A stretch of 63,941 nt of DNA, filler included, from Octopus bimaculoides (GCF_001194135.2; 7 parts of 7 records of this genome joined end to end with filler, not necessarily neighbours in it); one strand, 5' to 3'. Positions 38,996 to 51,613 are shown, counted from the whole stretch's first letter. The notes: generated by a model not told the origin, from the sequence alone. Numbers and translations: made by a program.

Positions 38996-39210
38996 ACACC
39001 ATTTCGAGCGTGGCCGTTTTCGTGCGGGTGACACGTAAAAGCACCCACTACACTCTCTGAGTGGTTGGCGTTAGGAAGGGCATCCAGCTGTAGAAACTCT
39101 GCCAAATCAGACTGGAGCCTGGTGTTGCCATCCGGTTTCACCAGTCCTCAGTCAAATCGTCCAACCCATGCTAGCATGGAAAGCGGACGTTAAACGATGA
39201 TGATGATGGT
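38996..39210 (+). mobile_element. 3' end of the (GAT)n-tailed retroposon family
   Basis: Near-identical to 24497-24720. Confidence 0.75.
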
Positions 39211-39687
39211 GATCTCAAATCAAGATAAACAGTGCATGATCTTAAAGATGGGTCTCAGTTAGAATTTTCTTCTGGTCAAGTAGCCCATCCTGGTCAATTG
39301 AGCATTGGGGTCAAGTTAACCAACTAGAACCCTCACTACAAATTTCAGGCCTTGCGCCTATTGTAGAAAGAGTTATTATTATTATTATTATTATTAAGGC
39401 AGTGAACTGTTATACCAGATAAAATGCTTGATGAGTTTTCTTTTGGTTCTTTATGTTCTGAGTTAAATGAAGTACCAGTTGAGCACAAATGTATATAATT
39501 GATTTACACTCTCATTACCTCATTTCATTGCAGTTTTTCTGCTGCAGTCAGTCCTTGTTCTCTGTCCCTTTCAATAAAGTACCTTCTGTGTACTACCCTC
39601 CATCTTCAATTCTGAATTGTTTTTCTCTATATTTGCTGAAATTGAGGAGAAATGTCAATTGTATCTCCTGTAATTTTGTCTTTTCAG

Positions 39688-39771
39688 AAAAACCTGAGCC
39701 CAGGATGGCAAGCTGTGAAAGTGATTCTTCGAGAAAATCCCACAACTTTAGAATATCATAAAGCTACAGCT
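39688..39771 (+). CDS. PH-domain gene, exon a (beta1-beta3)
   Basis: ttttgtcttttcag acceptor and gct|gtgagt donor. 84 bp, phase 0 to 0. KNLSPGWQAVKVILRENPTTLEYHKATA. Confidence 0.85.
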
Positions 39772-41672
39772 GTGAGTTCTCATCTTGTCGACCTCTTATC
39801 AGTTTGGTTACTTTTGCACCTGATGGCTCCTTAGTACCCTTTTACACATCATTCCTCTCACACTGTATTGTATTTTCTTTCTGGTAGATGGTGTCTGCTT
39901 TCCCTTTACTCACACCTTTCTCGTATCCCCATATATCAGTTAAAGACTTCAAGTTACTTTAGCCACACTCTGGAGACATTTTCTGTCTCTGTCATTCACT
40001 GAACACATTCAAGTCATTCATGTACTGCTCATCCTGTATTGAGGACAGTAATCTCAGTTTACTTTTCCTTGAAATCATCATTCTTATTAATAAATTCACC
40101 ACACTACTCCTGTTGGTTCTCATACCCCACCTGAAAAGTAAGAACTATTGAAATCTCTATTGACTATTATTTTCAACTGTCTGCACCAGCTGGTTTCCTT
40201 GTGTAAAAATATCTGACAGACATGCTAATACTCCAGCCACATTAGACCTCCCTGTCATCTCAAAATCCAGCTTTTACCCAGCCATGACTGTCTCTACACT
40301 TGTCACGATAGTCAGACTGATATTTTCTGGCTTCATATCAACATTGATTCCTGAAAAATCTGGTACTTGTAGGTCACTGGTCAAACTTTTGCCAGTCCTA
40401 TACCAATGACTTCTAGCAGTAAGTATACTTCACTGCTAACTCAAACAAGACATCTGAGCATATGACCATAACTATTCTCTTAGTCATGTTCATTTCTGCA
40501 CACAACCAAATATTTCAATCACAACATCTCAATTGCTACAGCAATGCAGACAATACTATTTCACATAACAGCTGTGACCATACCATTTAAAAAAAAAAAC
40601 TGTGGTGTGATTTGAAGAAAATTTGGCTGCCATTTCTTACAAATTGGTATTGATTGAACAGATCTGATTAAAGACATCCCAGCCATGACATTTTTTTTAA
40701 AAGATGGTGTGGTGTAGTTTGAGGTAGATTTGGCTGCTATTTCTTGCACATTGAATAATCACAAAGATGTGTTTTTTCTAAGATAGCATGGTTTAAGGGA
40801 AACTTAGTTGCTGCATGGTTGAGAAACCATGTAGCAGCTCTCATTGCTTATTCCTGTTGTTGTATGGTAAGTCAGAACAGATTATAAAAGTTTGTCTCAT
40901 TTGATCTCTTGTCTTTAAAACGGTTTTCTCATCCAACCCATGGCTAGCTACTTCATTGTCATTGTTCCATCATTCACAGAAATCAACATTTACTGATTTT
41001 GTCAGCAACTCAAATGTCTTATTGGTCATCTGTGACCCCTACATAATTTTTACAGTTGTCACTTACTCTTCCTTATTTATCCCTTTAACTCCTGTTCATC
41101 ATTTTATTCATCCTCTCACCCATACCCATTCCCCATCTCAAACCATCCTTCTCTCCCGTTCATTCTTGCAGCCTTTACCCATCTATGCTCCTTATACTCT
41201 AATCCCCACTCACTCCTTTTCATTGTGTAGCTTAAAGATCCACCCTGACCATTCTCAACCTCTCTTTTATAATATGAATAACCATTTAGCTTTTCTATAA
41301 CAGGAAACCTCTTCTATTTTGGACCCCTTCTCTCAACCTTTATCCCCTCATCTCCTAGCATAAAGCTGCCTTCCTTTCTACTGTAGCCCCACTCAATCAA
41401 AGGGATCTCAGTCTTGCAGACTGCAGAGCAACCTCATTCATGCTGGTGCCATGTAAAAAAGCACCAATTATATGCTGTAGGGTTGATGATATTAGAAAAG
41501 ACATCTAGTTGTAAAAAAAAAAACACCATAGCAGACATTGGAGTGCAATGCACTTTTTGGATCTATTAACTGTGTAAACCATCTCTGCATAGAACATGGA
41601 TATTAAGTGATGATAATGTCTCAAACCCTTCTTGGCCATGTTGTTAATTAAAATTCTACACTGTTTTTGTAG

Positions 41673-41745
41673 ACATTAGACTCTGAGAAGCTATCTACCA
41701 TAATGGACCTGACAGGATGTACAGTGAAAGAGATTGTCAGGAAAG
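41673..41745 (+). CDS. PH-domain gene, exon b
   Basis: ctgtttttgtag acceptor and aag|gtaggt donor. 73 bp, phase 0 to 1. TLDSEKLSTIMDLTGCTVKEIVRK. Phases match both neighbours. Confidence 0.85.
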
Positions 41746-42069
41746 GTAGGTTTGAGAATTTTATTGTTTCATGGGACAAGTGGGAACATGAGTGTTTTGT
41801 TCAACATCCTTAAACAACCCTTATTCAGGGACCTTTTGAGCAGGACAGGCTCAAGAAAATTCTAACTAGGTCCTATCTGCAAGGTCATGCGCTGTTTATC
41901 TTGTTATGAGATCACCATGTCGCATACATATGGTTATGATGCACTTGCCTGATGTATCCTTATCAGACAGTAATCATGATGGGTATACTGAGTTTCATAT
42001 ATTTTACTCTGGTGTCTCTTTGATGGCATGCACCGCTCTCTCACTCACTCAATAATAATAATAATAACA

Positions 42070-42405
42070 ATAATACTCAGAGCACAAACCTCCACCAAGG
42101 CAACACCAACATCCTTTCAATGATTAGCCGGAGATGATTTTTAAAATGAGAATATCTGAAATAAACTTGACTGCTCTCACAAACGAAAATACTAAAAGTG
42201 AATACAACCTCTCTCAAAAATTAAGTAAAAAAACGAGGAAAATAATCCAGAATCTTTGTCCGGTACTGGATCGATCCCAAAATCTAATCAGTTCATGCCA
42301 GTCACGAGGCCAAGCATCCCTGAAAGTTTCATCCGAATCCATCCACGGACAGACAAACAAACATGACTGAAAACAACACCCCCTACTTCGGTAAGGCGGT
42401 GTTTA
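42070..42405 (+). mobile_element. Possible non-autonomous Helentron (HINE/DINE-like) element
   Basis: 5' ctcagagcacaaacctccaccaaggc, internal gaaagtttcatccgaatcc...acagacaaacaaaca, 3' hairpin-like end before (AAT)n. Family assignment is from recall. Confidence 0.4.
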
Positions 42406-43769
42406 ATAATAATGATAATGATCCTTTATACTAGATGCACAAGGCCTGAAACTAGTCAATTACATCGACCAGTGTTTCATTAGTACTTAACTTATCAACC
42501 CTGAAAGGGTGAAAGGCAAAGTTGACCTCGGTAGAATTTGTACAGGTGAAATACCGCTAAGCATTTTGTCCAGCGTGCTGACAAGTTTGCCAGCTTGTCA
42601 CCATAATAATAATGATAATAATAATAAGAATAATAGATTTAATATGAATGTATTAAACATCTAGAACATAAGTACTGTCTCCTCTTTATTGTGAGCATAC
42701 TGGACTTAAACTATCTGATGCCCTATCTGAAAAAACAGCAGGAAGATTTAGCTGTTGTATAAAAGACATTGAGTGATTACATTCAAATATCTGAATATTT
42801 TGATGAAGACCAAGTTGTGTATGTGCATGCACCCATACTGTCTCCAGCATAGAGTTAATGCTGCTTGAGTTGATGAGGTAATGCTTTACCCCCAAAAAGG
42901 ATGTTGGTTTGTATCTTGTTGCTAGTGCTGTGCTGTAATCAGAGTAAAGATACACAACTCTCACTTGTTCTGTTCACCTAACTACTCCGAGGCAGAGGTA
43001 CAGTGCACTACTGTAAGCAATCGAAATGTTTCTGTCAGTTTGTTGTACAGTTTGACTGTGTGTATTTCTAGGAGATAGAGGAGGGATTGTATATCTGGCC
43101 ATTGCAGGCCTGTTGAGATTCAGTAGTATAACACACACACACACACACACATACATACACACACAAGCATGGATGTGTGGTTAAGAAGTTTGCTTTCCAA
43201 TTACATGTTTTGGGGTTCAGTCCCACAGAATGGTACCTTGGGCAAGTGTCTACAGTTGTAGCTTTGGACCAACCAAAACTTTTTGAATGGATTTGGTAGA
43301 TGGAAACTGAAAGAAGCCCATTGTGGGCATAGGTATCATCATCGTTTTAACATCCACTTTTCCACGTTTGCATGGACCGGACAGAGTTAATTGAAGCAAA
43401 TTTTCTATGGCCAGATGCCCTTTCTGGCATCAACCTTTATCTGTCTCCAAGCAAGGTAATATTTCTTCATTATCAGACATGTTTTCACAGAATCTTGGAA
43501 ATGAATGACTCTGTTTGTATGACAGTGGCAATCATTTACAACTATCGCATAATATGAGGACACACACACACACACACACACCACGCTTCTTTCAGTTTCC
43601 ATCTACCAGTCCATTCACAAAGCTTTAACTGGCCCAAGGTTATAGTGGAAGATACTTGCTTAAGCTTTTGCACAGTGGGGCTGAATACCTGAACCATGTA
43701 GTTGGGAGTGCACAAATGTGTGACTGTGCTTGTGTCCACTTGTTTTGACGTTATGTGATAGCTGTAAAT

Positions 43770-44460
43770 CATCATCATCATCGTTTAACGTCCGCTTTCC
43801 ATGCTAGCATGGGTTGGACGATTTGACTGGGGACTGGCGAACCAGATGGCTACACCAGGCTCCAATCTAATTTGGCAGAGTTTCTACAGCTGGATGCCCT
43901 TCCTAACGCCAACCACTCTGAGAGTGTAGCGGGTGCTTTTATGTGCCACCGGCACAAAGGTCAGTCAGGCGGTACTGGCAATGGCCAGGCTCAAAATGGT
44001 GTATTTTACGTGCCACCTGCACAGGAGCCAGTCCAGCGGTACTGGCAATGAACTCGCTTGAATGTCTTTTCACATGCCACTGGCACAAGTGCCAGGAAGG
44101 CGACGTTGGTAACGGTCACGCTCAAATGGTGCTATTTACGTGCCACCGGCACGAAAGCCAGACAGNNNNNNNNNNTGCACAGGAGCCAGTCCAGCGGTAC
44201 TGGCAATGAACTCGCTTGAATGTCTTTTCACATGCCACTGGCACAAGTGCCAGGAAGGCGACGTTGGTAACGGTCACGCTCAAATGGTGCTATTTACGTG
44301 CCACCGGCACGAAAGCCAGACAGCTGGTGCTCTGGCAACGATCACGCTCGGACGGTGCTCTTAGTGATTTACTGGTACTAGTACCATCATGATTTCGCGT
44401 TCTCTTGCCCCAACAGGTCTTCGCAAGCGGAGTTTAGTGTTCAATGAAGACGTTGGCATG
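43770..44460 (-). mobile_element. Longer copy of the (GAT)n-tailed retroposon with internal 40-46 bp subrepeats
   Basis: Reverse complement of 24497-24720 plus repeated tgccac(c/t)ggcac...ggcaa(c/t)g units. Related to 62620-62990. Confidence 0.75.
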
Positions 44461-44836
44461 GGTGCCAGTCTACAAATTTAGTTCGATTTCGATTTCACTT
44501 GCCTCAACAGGTCTTTGCAAGCGGAGTTTAGTGTCCAAAGAAGGAATGTTACACATAAGTGGGCTGGCTACATCCCTGGCAGAGGCCTTGGATTTTGGTC
44601 TCACTTGGCTAGGCATAACACAAGCAGAGTTGTTTTTCTCCAATCTATTCAGAAAACTGCTTGGAAATATATGAGGGTTGGTGATTGGAAGAGGATCTAG
44701 CAATAAAAAGTCTGCTTGAATTAATTGCATTTTACCTATACAAGCATGGAAAAATGGGTGTTAAGATGATGATGATGATGAGGTGTTATGACTACATGTT
44801 TAATATGTGGGTTTTGTTTTTTTTTGTCTTTTATAG

Positions 44837-45027
44837 ATGATGACCTCAGTGAATCTAAACGCCATCAACTATACATGAAGGATAAGAAGGGACGACGTCT
44901 TACTCTCCTGGCCTGCTGTCGAGAGGAGTGTCACTGCTGGTTGATCCAGCTGAGTCAGTTTTGCAAACCCTCAGCAGTGAGCAATGTGGCTGCAGAGTCT
45001 GCATTAAGGACTGCATCACCGAAGTGA
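44837..45027 (+). CDS. PH-domain gene, terminal exon c (beta6-beta7 and C-terminal helix)
   Basis: tttttgtcttttatag acceptor, phase 1. DDLSESKRHQLYMKDKKGRRLTLLACCREECHCWLIQLSQFCKPSAVSNVAAESALRTASPK*, with the PH-type L.A...E...W...L helix. Confidence 0.85.
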
Positions 45028-45290
45028 AAAATGATGTTCAGAAAACACTGTGAAATATCGACAGGTTTAACCTGACTGCTGTCTAGGAAACACTTACGGA
45101 TTCTCTCAGAGAGATTAAAACTTAACAAACCAGGCTTCTGGCTTTCTTTTTAAATATTGTCATCTGGTAACCTTCAGTGTTGTCAGTAATTATTATGATA
45201 ATAATAATTATAATTATTATCATTTTTATTATTATTATTAGTCATATATTGCCCTTCCCCTCCACAAATTTACCTTGTGCTTAGATAGAT

Positions 45291-45329
<39 letters not shown>

Positions 45330-45334
45330 ATAAG

Positions 45335-46910
45335 GTTTTGAGCTGGCAGATTTGTTAGCACACCAGACAAAATGCTTAGTGGTAGTTTTTCTGGCCCTTT
45401 ATTTTCTGAGTTCAAATTTCAAGGTAAACTTTGGCTTTCATCCTTCATCCTAGGGTTAATGTGATTGACGTGCCCCTCTCCACAGAATTGCTGGCTTAGT
45501 ATAAAATTTAGAAAGCATTATTATGTTTATCAGCATTTAGCATTTCTTCTAACACTTTGTCTGAGTTCATATCCCACCAAATAAAGTACCAGTCAAGTAC
45601 TGAGGTCGATGTTATTGATTTCCCTCAAACTTGCTGGCCTTGTGCCAAAATTTGAAATTATTATTATTATAATGAGGACAGCTGATGCCTACAAAGTCTT
45701 TTCAATTGATTGTATCCTACCCTACAAAATTTGGCCTTCAGCTTAGTCAAAAGTAATTATTTTACTTAGAATGTAGAGTCAGAATGAAATACCTTGTGTT
45801 ATTTGTTCTAACTCTTTACATTTTGAGTTCAAATCCTGTGTAGGTTGACTTTACCTTTCATCTTTATGGTTTGATAAAATAAGTACCAGTTGAGCATTGG
45901 GGTTGATGTAATTGGCTCCCCCCACCTACCCAGAAATTGCTGGCTTTGTGCTAAAATATGAAACCATTATTATTGTTATTAGCAAAGTGATGAGTGGCAG
46001 AATTGTTACTGCATCAGGTAAAATGCTTAGTGGCATTTCATTTGTCTGTATGTTCTGAGTTCAAATTCCACTGAGGTTGACTTTGCCTTTCACCTTTTCG
46101 GGTTCTCTAAAACAAGTACCAGTTGAGCATTGGGTGCGATGTAATCGACTTACACCCACCCTTGAAATTACTGGCCTTGTGCCAAATTTTAAAACTATTA
46201 TTATTATTATTATTATTATCAACATCATCACCCTTCCTAAAGTGATGGATTGGCAGAAAAGTTAGTGTTGATCAAAATGCCTTGTAAATTATATTTTATG
46301 TTCTGAGTTCAAATCCTGCCAAGGTTGTCTTTGCCTTTCATCCTTTTGGAATTGATAAAAAATACAGCTCTAGTTAACCCATATATGCCCATAAAAAAAT
46401 TTCACTGTATTTAGATTAAATGTTATGGTAAGCTTTCACAATCTGGAAGAAGAGGACAGTATTCAAGTGTTAGCTATGGGTGTCAACTACCTACTGAACA
46501 TTTCGTATGCTCAGTGAGATGCTTCTCAGCGAGTTCATATCCAAACAAGTAGGAGCAGGTTTTGCATTGGGAAAACACAACCAGAGGTATATATGGGTTA
46601 AATACAGGGTTCAATTTAATTTCTCTAAATAGTGGCCTTGTGGCATTACCATCATTCAGGGTTGAATTTTCCTTTCGTACATTTGGAGGTACCAGTCATA
46701 TGCTGTGGCCAGTTCATTTGAATATACTCTTTCATTGCAAATTTGAGCTTTTGTGTCTGGTTTGGCAGAATCGTTAGAGCATCAGACAAAATGTAGTATT
46801 TGTCCTGATTTCAAATCCTACCAAGTTCAACTTTGGTCAATAAAATAAAACACCACTCAAGTCGTGGTGGGGGGTGATTTATTTGATTGTTTCCCACCCC
46901 ACAAATTTTT
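45335..46910 (+). repeat. Cluster of about seven decayed, co-oriented S1 SINE copies
   Basis: Recurrent ttctgagttcaaat...gttgactttgcctttcatcc...aagtaccag blocks separated by (ATT)n. Confidence 0.7.
46378..46597. mobile_element. piggyBac-type MITE (220 bp)
   Basis: TTAA|CCCATATATGCC ... GGTATATATGGG|TTAA. Confidence 0.75.
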
Positions 46911-47560
46911 GGCCTCGGTCTTTTTGATACATTTTAAAATAAACAAAACAAAAGAACTTGTAAACAGTTAGATTGGCTGCCTTTAAATACTTTATTGTTA
47001 TCTTTGAGTTGCAAGAAGATTTTGTGGGGGTGGGCAATGCAAATATAAGACATTATATGGATGTGGTGGAAACAAATTCTATCATTTGCAGTGTCTTCGT
47101 ATTTTGATATTTGAATACATAGCCCCTCCCCTCTCAGAAAAAAATATTTTAGCAGGCCTAATTACAGTTAAAGAAGTACTTGGAAGGAAATTAACAGGCA
47201 TTATTATTTCCGAGTTATGTGATGTAAGCAAATCCAAAGACCAAGTCTTCAACAATGTGACATTGCTTGTATGCAGCCCACAGACTGGTTAGATGAAACC
47301 TTGCTACTGACTCTTGCCATTCTCACCACTGGACTCATATTCACCCTGATATGAAGATCTGTTTTAACTAGCTTCATAGTGTATTTCATATTAATTTTCT
47401 GCTATGTAGCACAGTTATGTCAATATTTAAACCTTTATAAATTGTGGGTGTTGAAACTGGACACTGCAAACTTTATAATACTGTGATGTGGGTTATGAAA
47501 TACTGTATGTGGAATATTAAAACGTAGTAGTGTAGGTTGTGAAATCACGTAGACTGAACT

Positions 47561-48003
47561 CAGTGCTGGATTTAGACCTTGCCAGGCCTCTGGGCCATTT
47601 GGTTTTGGTGGGGCCCTACAGTTTTGCTAATTCCAAAAATATTTTTAAAAAAAGGTTTCATTGAATGTAGGGGTCCCAAACTGTTTGAAGAGGCTGCAAA
47701 ACTTAAAAGGGCCCTGTTAGGTTCAGAGAGATTCGATTAAATCTAATGGCTTTTTAAACCTAAAAGGGCCCAATAAATCAAATGAAGGCTCGATAATTTT
47801 AAATGAACTCTACTGGATTAAAAAAAATTTAAACAAGTAAAAAAAAAACTTATAAATTATTTATTTGATTGCTTTAAATATATTTAATAATTTTTAACTC
47901 CAAGCTTTAGGTTTCTCTAAGAGGCCTCCAATACATGAGGCTTCCTAAACTTGGGGACCCTTGGGCTATGGCCCATATTGACCCTTAAATAAATTCAGCC
48001 ATG
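47561..48003. mobile_element. hAT-type MITE (443 bp) inserted in a decayed minisatellite of about 44-bp unit
   Basis: TIRs cagtgctggattta / taaattcagccatg. 8-bp TSD actgaact / cctgaact. GGGCCC-rich interior. Confidence 0.7.
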
Positions 48004-48443
48004 CCTGAACTTTATAATACAGTAATGTAGGTTGTGAAATTGTGTACCCTGAATGTTATAACAGTAGTGTGGGTAGAGAAATAGTGTGTACTGAATACTG
48101 TAATACAGTAATGTAATGTGGGTAGTGAAAAAAGGGTAGGGTGTACTTAGTGATATAATGTAGTAGGTTAGTGAAACAATGTATAAGATATAATAACGAT
48201 GTAGTATACACGGTGAAGCAGGGTGTATAATTGTGGTATATATATTTTTCCTAAATTTCACAAGTTTAAATGATAGTATATAAATATGTGAAATTTCACA
48301 CAACATATATACACTGCTAGTTGTAGTATAGCTGTGGTTGTTGATGGAAATACCAGCAGTGCCTGTAGTATTGCTTGTGATGTATGAATCAATGCTGCTA
48401 GGTAGGTACAAATTTACAGTTATATCAAACTAAGCTATCACTT

Positions 48444-48667
48444 TTAGCATTTAAATTCTTCCCTCCAGAAAGGCAAACTTAGGTCTTCCGCTCGTTCCTT
48501 CTTAACTTTTGTTACCCCATTCTGAACTGTTCCTCTCAGTCCTGTCCTCTTAATATTTTGCCCTCTATTTTGTGTCGTCAAATATTCTAAGATGGATTTA
48601 TTATCAGAGACAACATTCTTATTTGAATTTGTTGTCAGATGTTGGCTGTTTAGATTCAATATTGGAT
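48444..48667 (-). CDS. Putative terminal exon of an unidentified gene, convergent on the PH gene
   Basis: aacaaacag acceptor (weak), phase 1. PILNLNSQHLTTNSNKNVVSDNKSILEYLTTQNRGQNIKRTGLRGTVQNGVTKVKKERAEDLSLPFWREEFKC*. Open for 73 codons in AT-rich DNA. Confidence 0.45.
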
Positions 48668-48842
48668 CTGTTTGTTAATGATATATGATCATATATCTCT
48701 ACATTTAGTCTAAAATTATCAGCAAAATCTTCCAGTCCAGATTTTGAATGAAATATTTTGATGAACAAAAAATAAAATGTTTCATATTAGTTTTATCTTT
48801 TTGTTTTATCTTTTCTTTTTATTTTGTTATATATAGGTGCAT

Positions 48843-49181
48843 GGAGGCGCAATGGCCCAGTGGTTAGGGCAGCGGACTCGCGGTCATAGGATCGCAGTTT
48901 CGATTCCCAGACCAGGCGTTGTTAGTGTTTATTGAGCGAAAACACCTAAAGCCCCACGAGGCTCCGGCAGGGGGTGGTAGCAAACCCTGCTGTACTCTTT
49001 CACCACAACTTTTTCTCACTCTTACTTCCTGTTTCTGTTGTGCCTGAATCTCCCCGAGAACTATGTTACAGGTACACGTGTCAGTGGAATTCTCGGCCAC
49101 TTGCATGTAAATTTCACGAACAGGCTGTTCCGTTGATCGGATCAAGTGGAACCCTCGACGTTGTAAGCGACAGAGTGCCAA
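48843..49181 (+). mobile_element. SINE family S3 copy
   Basis: Colinear with 3828-4205 apart from a short internal deletion. Confidence 0.8.
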
Positions 49182-49398
49182 CAAACAAAAAATATAGGTG
49201 CAAACATGACTGTGTGGTTAAGAAGTTTACTTACTATGCATGTGGTTTAGTTCAAGACACTTGCACCAAGGTACCACTGCATGGCACCTTGGGTGTGTCT
49301 CTCCTACGATAGCCCTGAGTAAACCAAAGCCTTGCAGGTGGATTTGTTAGATGGAAACTGAAAGAAACAGTTTGCTTATACATATGCATGTCTGTATA

Positions 49399-50450
49399 TA
49401 GGAGAGGGTACTGAAAAGTTCATGATTTTAAGGGTGTTGCGAAAAGGTAGAGCTGTTACCATTAGAGAAAGTAGGGCAACTATCTAGAAGATATGCAAAA
49501 AATTATGATGGTGTACAATATATCTTTTTTGAAGATTTAATGCATGATGGCAGCTCCTACAGTAGATTTTGATAAAATTGAAGCACAAGCAGTTATGAAG
49601 CTCCTTTTTTTTTTGCAAGGCAAAGGAATGGCGGAAATCTATGGTGAGATGAAGGAAGTCTTGAAGGATGGCTGGCTATCTTACTCGATAGTGAAAATCT
49701 AGGTGTTAAAGTTTTGGACTCTTTTACTTGTTTCAGTCATTTGACTGCGGCCATGCTGGAGCACCGCCTTTAGTCGAGTAAATCGACCCCAGCACTTATT
49801 CTTTGTAAGCCTAGTACTTATTCTATCGGTCTCTTTTGCCGAACCGCTAAGTGACGGGGACATAAACACACCAGCATTGGTTGTCAAGCAATGCTAGGGG
49901 GACAAACACAGACACACAAACATATATATATATATAAACTTCTTTCAGTTTTCGTCTACCAAATCCACTCACAAGGCTTTGGTCGTCCCGAGGCTATAGT
50001 AGAAGACATTTTCCCAAGATGCCACGCAGTGGGACTGAACCCAGAACCATGTGGTTGGTAAGCAAGCTACTTACCACACAGCCACTCCTGCGCCTAGTCA
50101 TTTTGGGGTCACAGATGAACCCCAGTCAGGATGGCCAACTTCTGTGACCACAGAGGACAAAGCATGTTATGATTCCCAAGGACCATCAGATTTCAGCTAA
50201 AGTCATAGCTGAGACTTGGGGGATTTCCTGGGAAAGATTTGGCCACAACATTCTGGACATGAGAAAGCTTTCCACAAAACAGGTGCCAAAATGTCTGAAT
50301 GTAGGTAAGAAGCTCATCAGAGTGACGACATCAAAGGACATTTTGGACCAATTTTGCAGTGGGAGAGGCTGACTTTATGGCTCCTTTAGTTACCATGGAA
50401 GAAAATTGGCTTCATCATTATGATCCCCAGACCAAGCAGCAATCAATGGA
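49399..50450 (+). pseudogene. Decayed mariner element interrupted by an S2 SINE (49719-50096, minus)
   Basis: TIR-like gagggtactgaaaagttc. Fragments ...MRKLSTKQVPKCL... and ...HHYDPQTKQQSME. Confidence 0.75.
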
Positions 50451-50858
50451 GTGTGTGTGTGTGTGTATTTCCCTCACATTTGCTGGTGTTGTTTGCTTGT
50501 AGTCCATGATGAAAGCATGTCTAAGGCTTTTCACATGCCTTGATATGTTGCAAAACCTTTATAAATAAGAGGCTCATTCATATGGTGTTGTATTTTCAGT
50601 CATCCACATGAAAATAAGTCAGGCCAGGAGAATATTACCTCACTTGAAAATAAGTGGAGGTTAGCAACAGGCAGGACATGCAGACAGAAAATTCTGCCCC
50701 AGCTCTCATCTAACTCATACAAGCATGTGGAAACAGACGTTAAAATGATGACAACGAAGAAACAAGATGATTCTTTGTTTCTATCAAAGTTTTGGATGAT
50801 TATATGTGCCAGAAAAGGAGGTAACTAGCAAAATTAGCTAGTTAGAAAATCTCTATAA

Positions 50859-51258
50859 TAGGCACAGGAGTGGCTCTGTGGTAAAAAAAACTTGCTTCCC
50901 TACCACATGGTTCCCGGTTCAGTCCCACTGTGTGGCACCTTAGGCAAGTGTCTTCTACTATAGCCCTGGGCAGACCAAAGCCTTGTGAATGGATTTGGTA
51001 GACGGAAACTGAAAGAAGTCCATCATGTGTATATATATATATGTATGTATTTGTGTGTCTGTGTTTGTCCGCCCTGCCATTGCTTGACAACCGATGCTGG
51101 TGTATTTACATCTCCATAACTTAGCGGTTCAGCAAAAGAGACCGATAGAATAAGTACTAAGCTTACAAAGAATAAGTTCTGGGGTTGATTTGTTTGACTA
51201 AAGGCAGTGCTCCAGCATGGTCGCAGCCAAATGACTGAAACAAGTAAAAGAATAGAAT
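50859..51258 (+). mobile_element. Full composite S2 SINE
   Basis: Colinear with 3031-3445 and with the reverse complement of 49719-50096. Confidence 0.8.
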
Positions 51259-51260
51259 AA

Positions 51261-51432
51261 GAGATGAGAGCAGTAGCTATACTGAGAAGTAATGTTTATC
51301 GCCACTCAAATATGGCTGTTCCGTACGAACCATCATTTCTGCTATTTTTTTTTTATATGTAATGTCAGTTCCTACAGAACAGCCATTGTGGCGATAAACA
51401 TTGCTTTTCAGTATAGTTACTGCTCTCATTTC
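51261..51432. repeat. Inverted repeat, about 65-bp arms
   Basis: gagatgagagcagtagctatactgag...gaac versus gttc...cagtatagttactgctctcatttc. Confidence 0.85.
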
Positions 51433-51613
51433 TTATAGAGATTTTCTAGCTAGCTATATTGCTTGTTGCAAGATCACTTACTGTGTGTCACTTGGTTTTC
51501 TATATATTACAAGCTGGAGTGGACTACTGCTATGTTTAGCGGGCAGGTATCCACCACCAAGGAGGACCGCAAAGAGATCAAAACTGGATGATATGGTGGT
51601 CTCGTGATCAGAA

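Noticed and set aside
24497-39210. Near-identical blocks of about 210 bp at 24497 and 38996 as a segmental duplication
   Set aside because: Both are the 3' end of a high-copy retroposon at scaffold starts, where assemblies commonly break.
39800-40450. Minus-strand upstream exons of the alpha-arrestin
   Set aside because: No arrestin motifs, multiple stops, and on a different scaffold piece. At best a very decayed LINE.
44018-44325. Identical duplication of about 148 bp
   Set aside because: The copies flank a 10-N gap exactly, so this is most likely an unmerged contig overlap.
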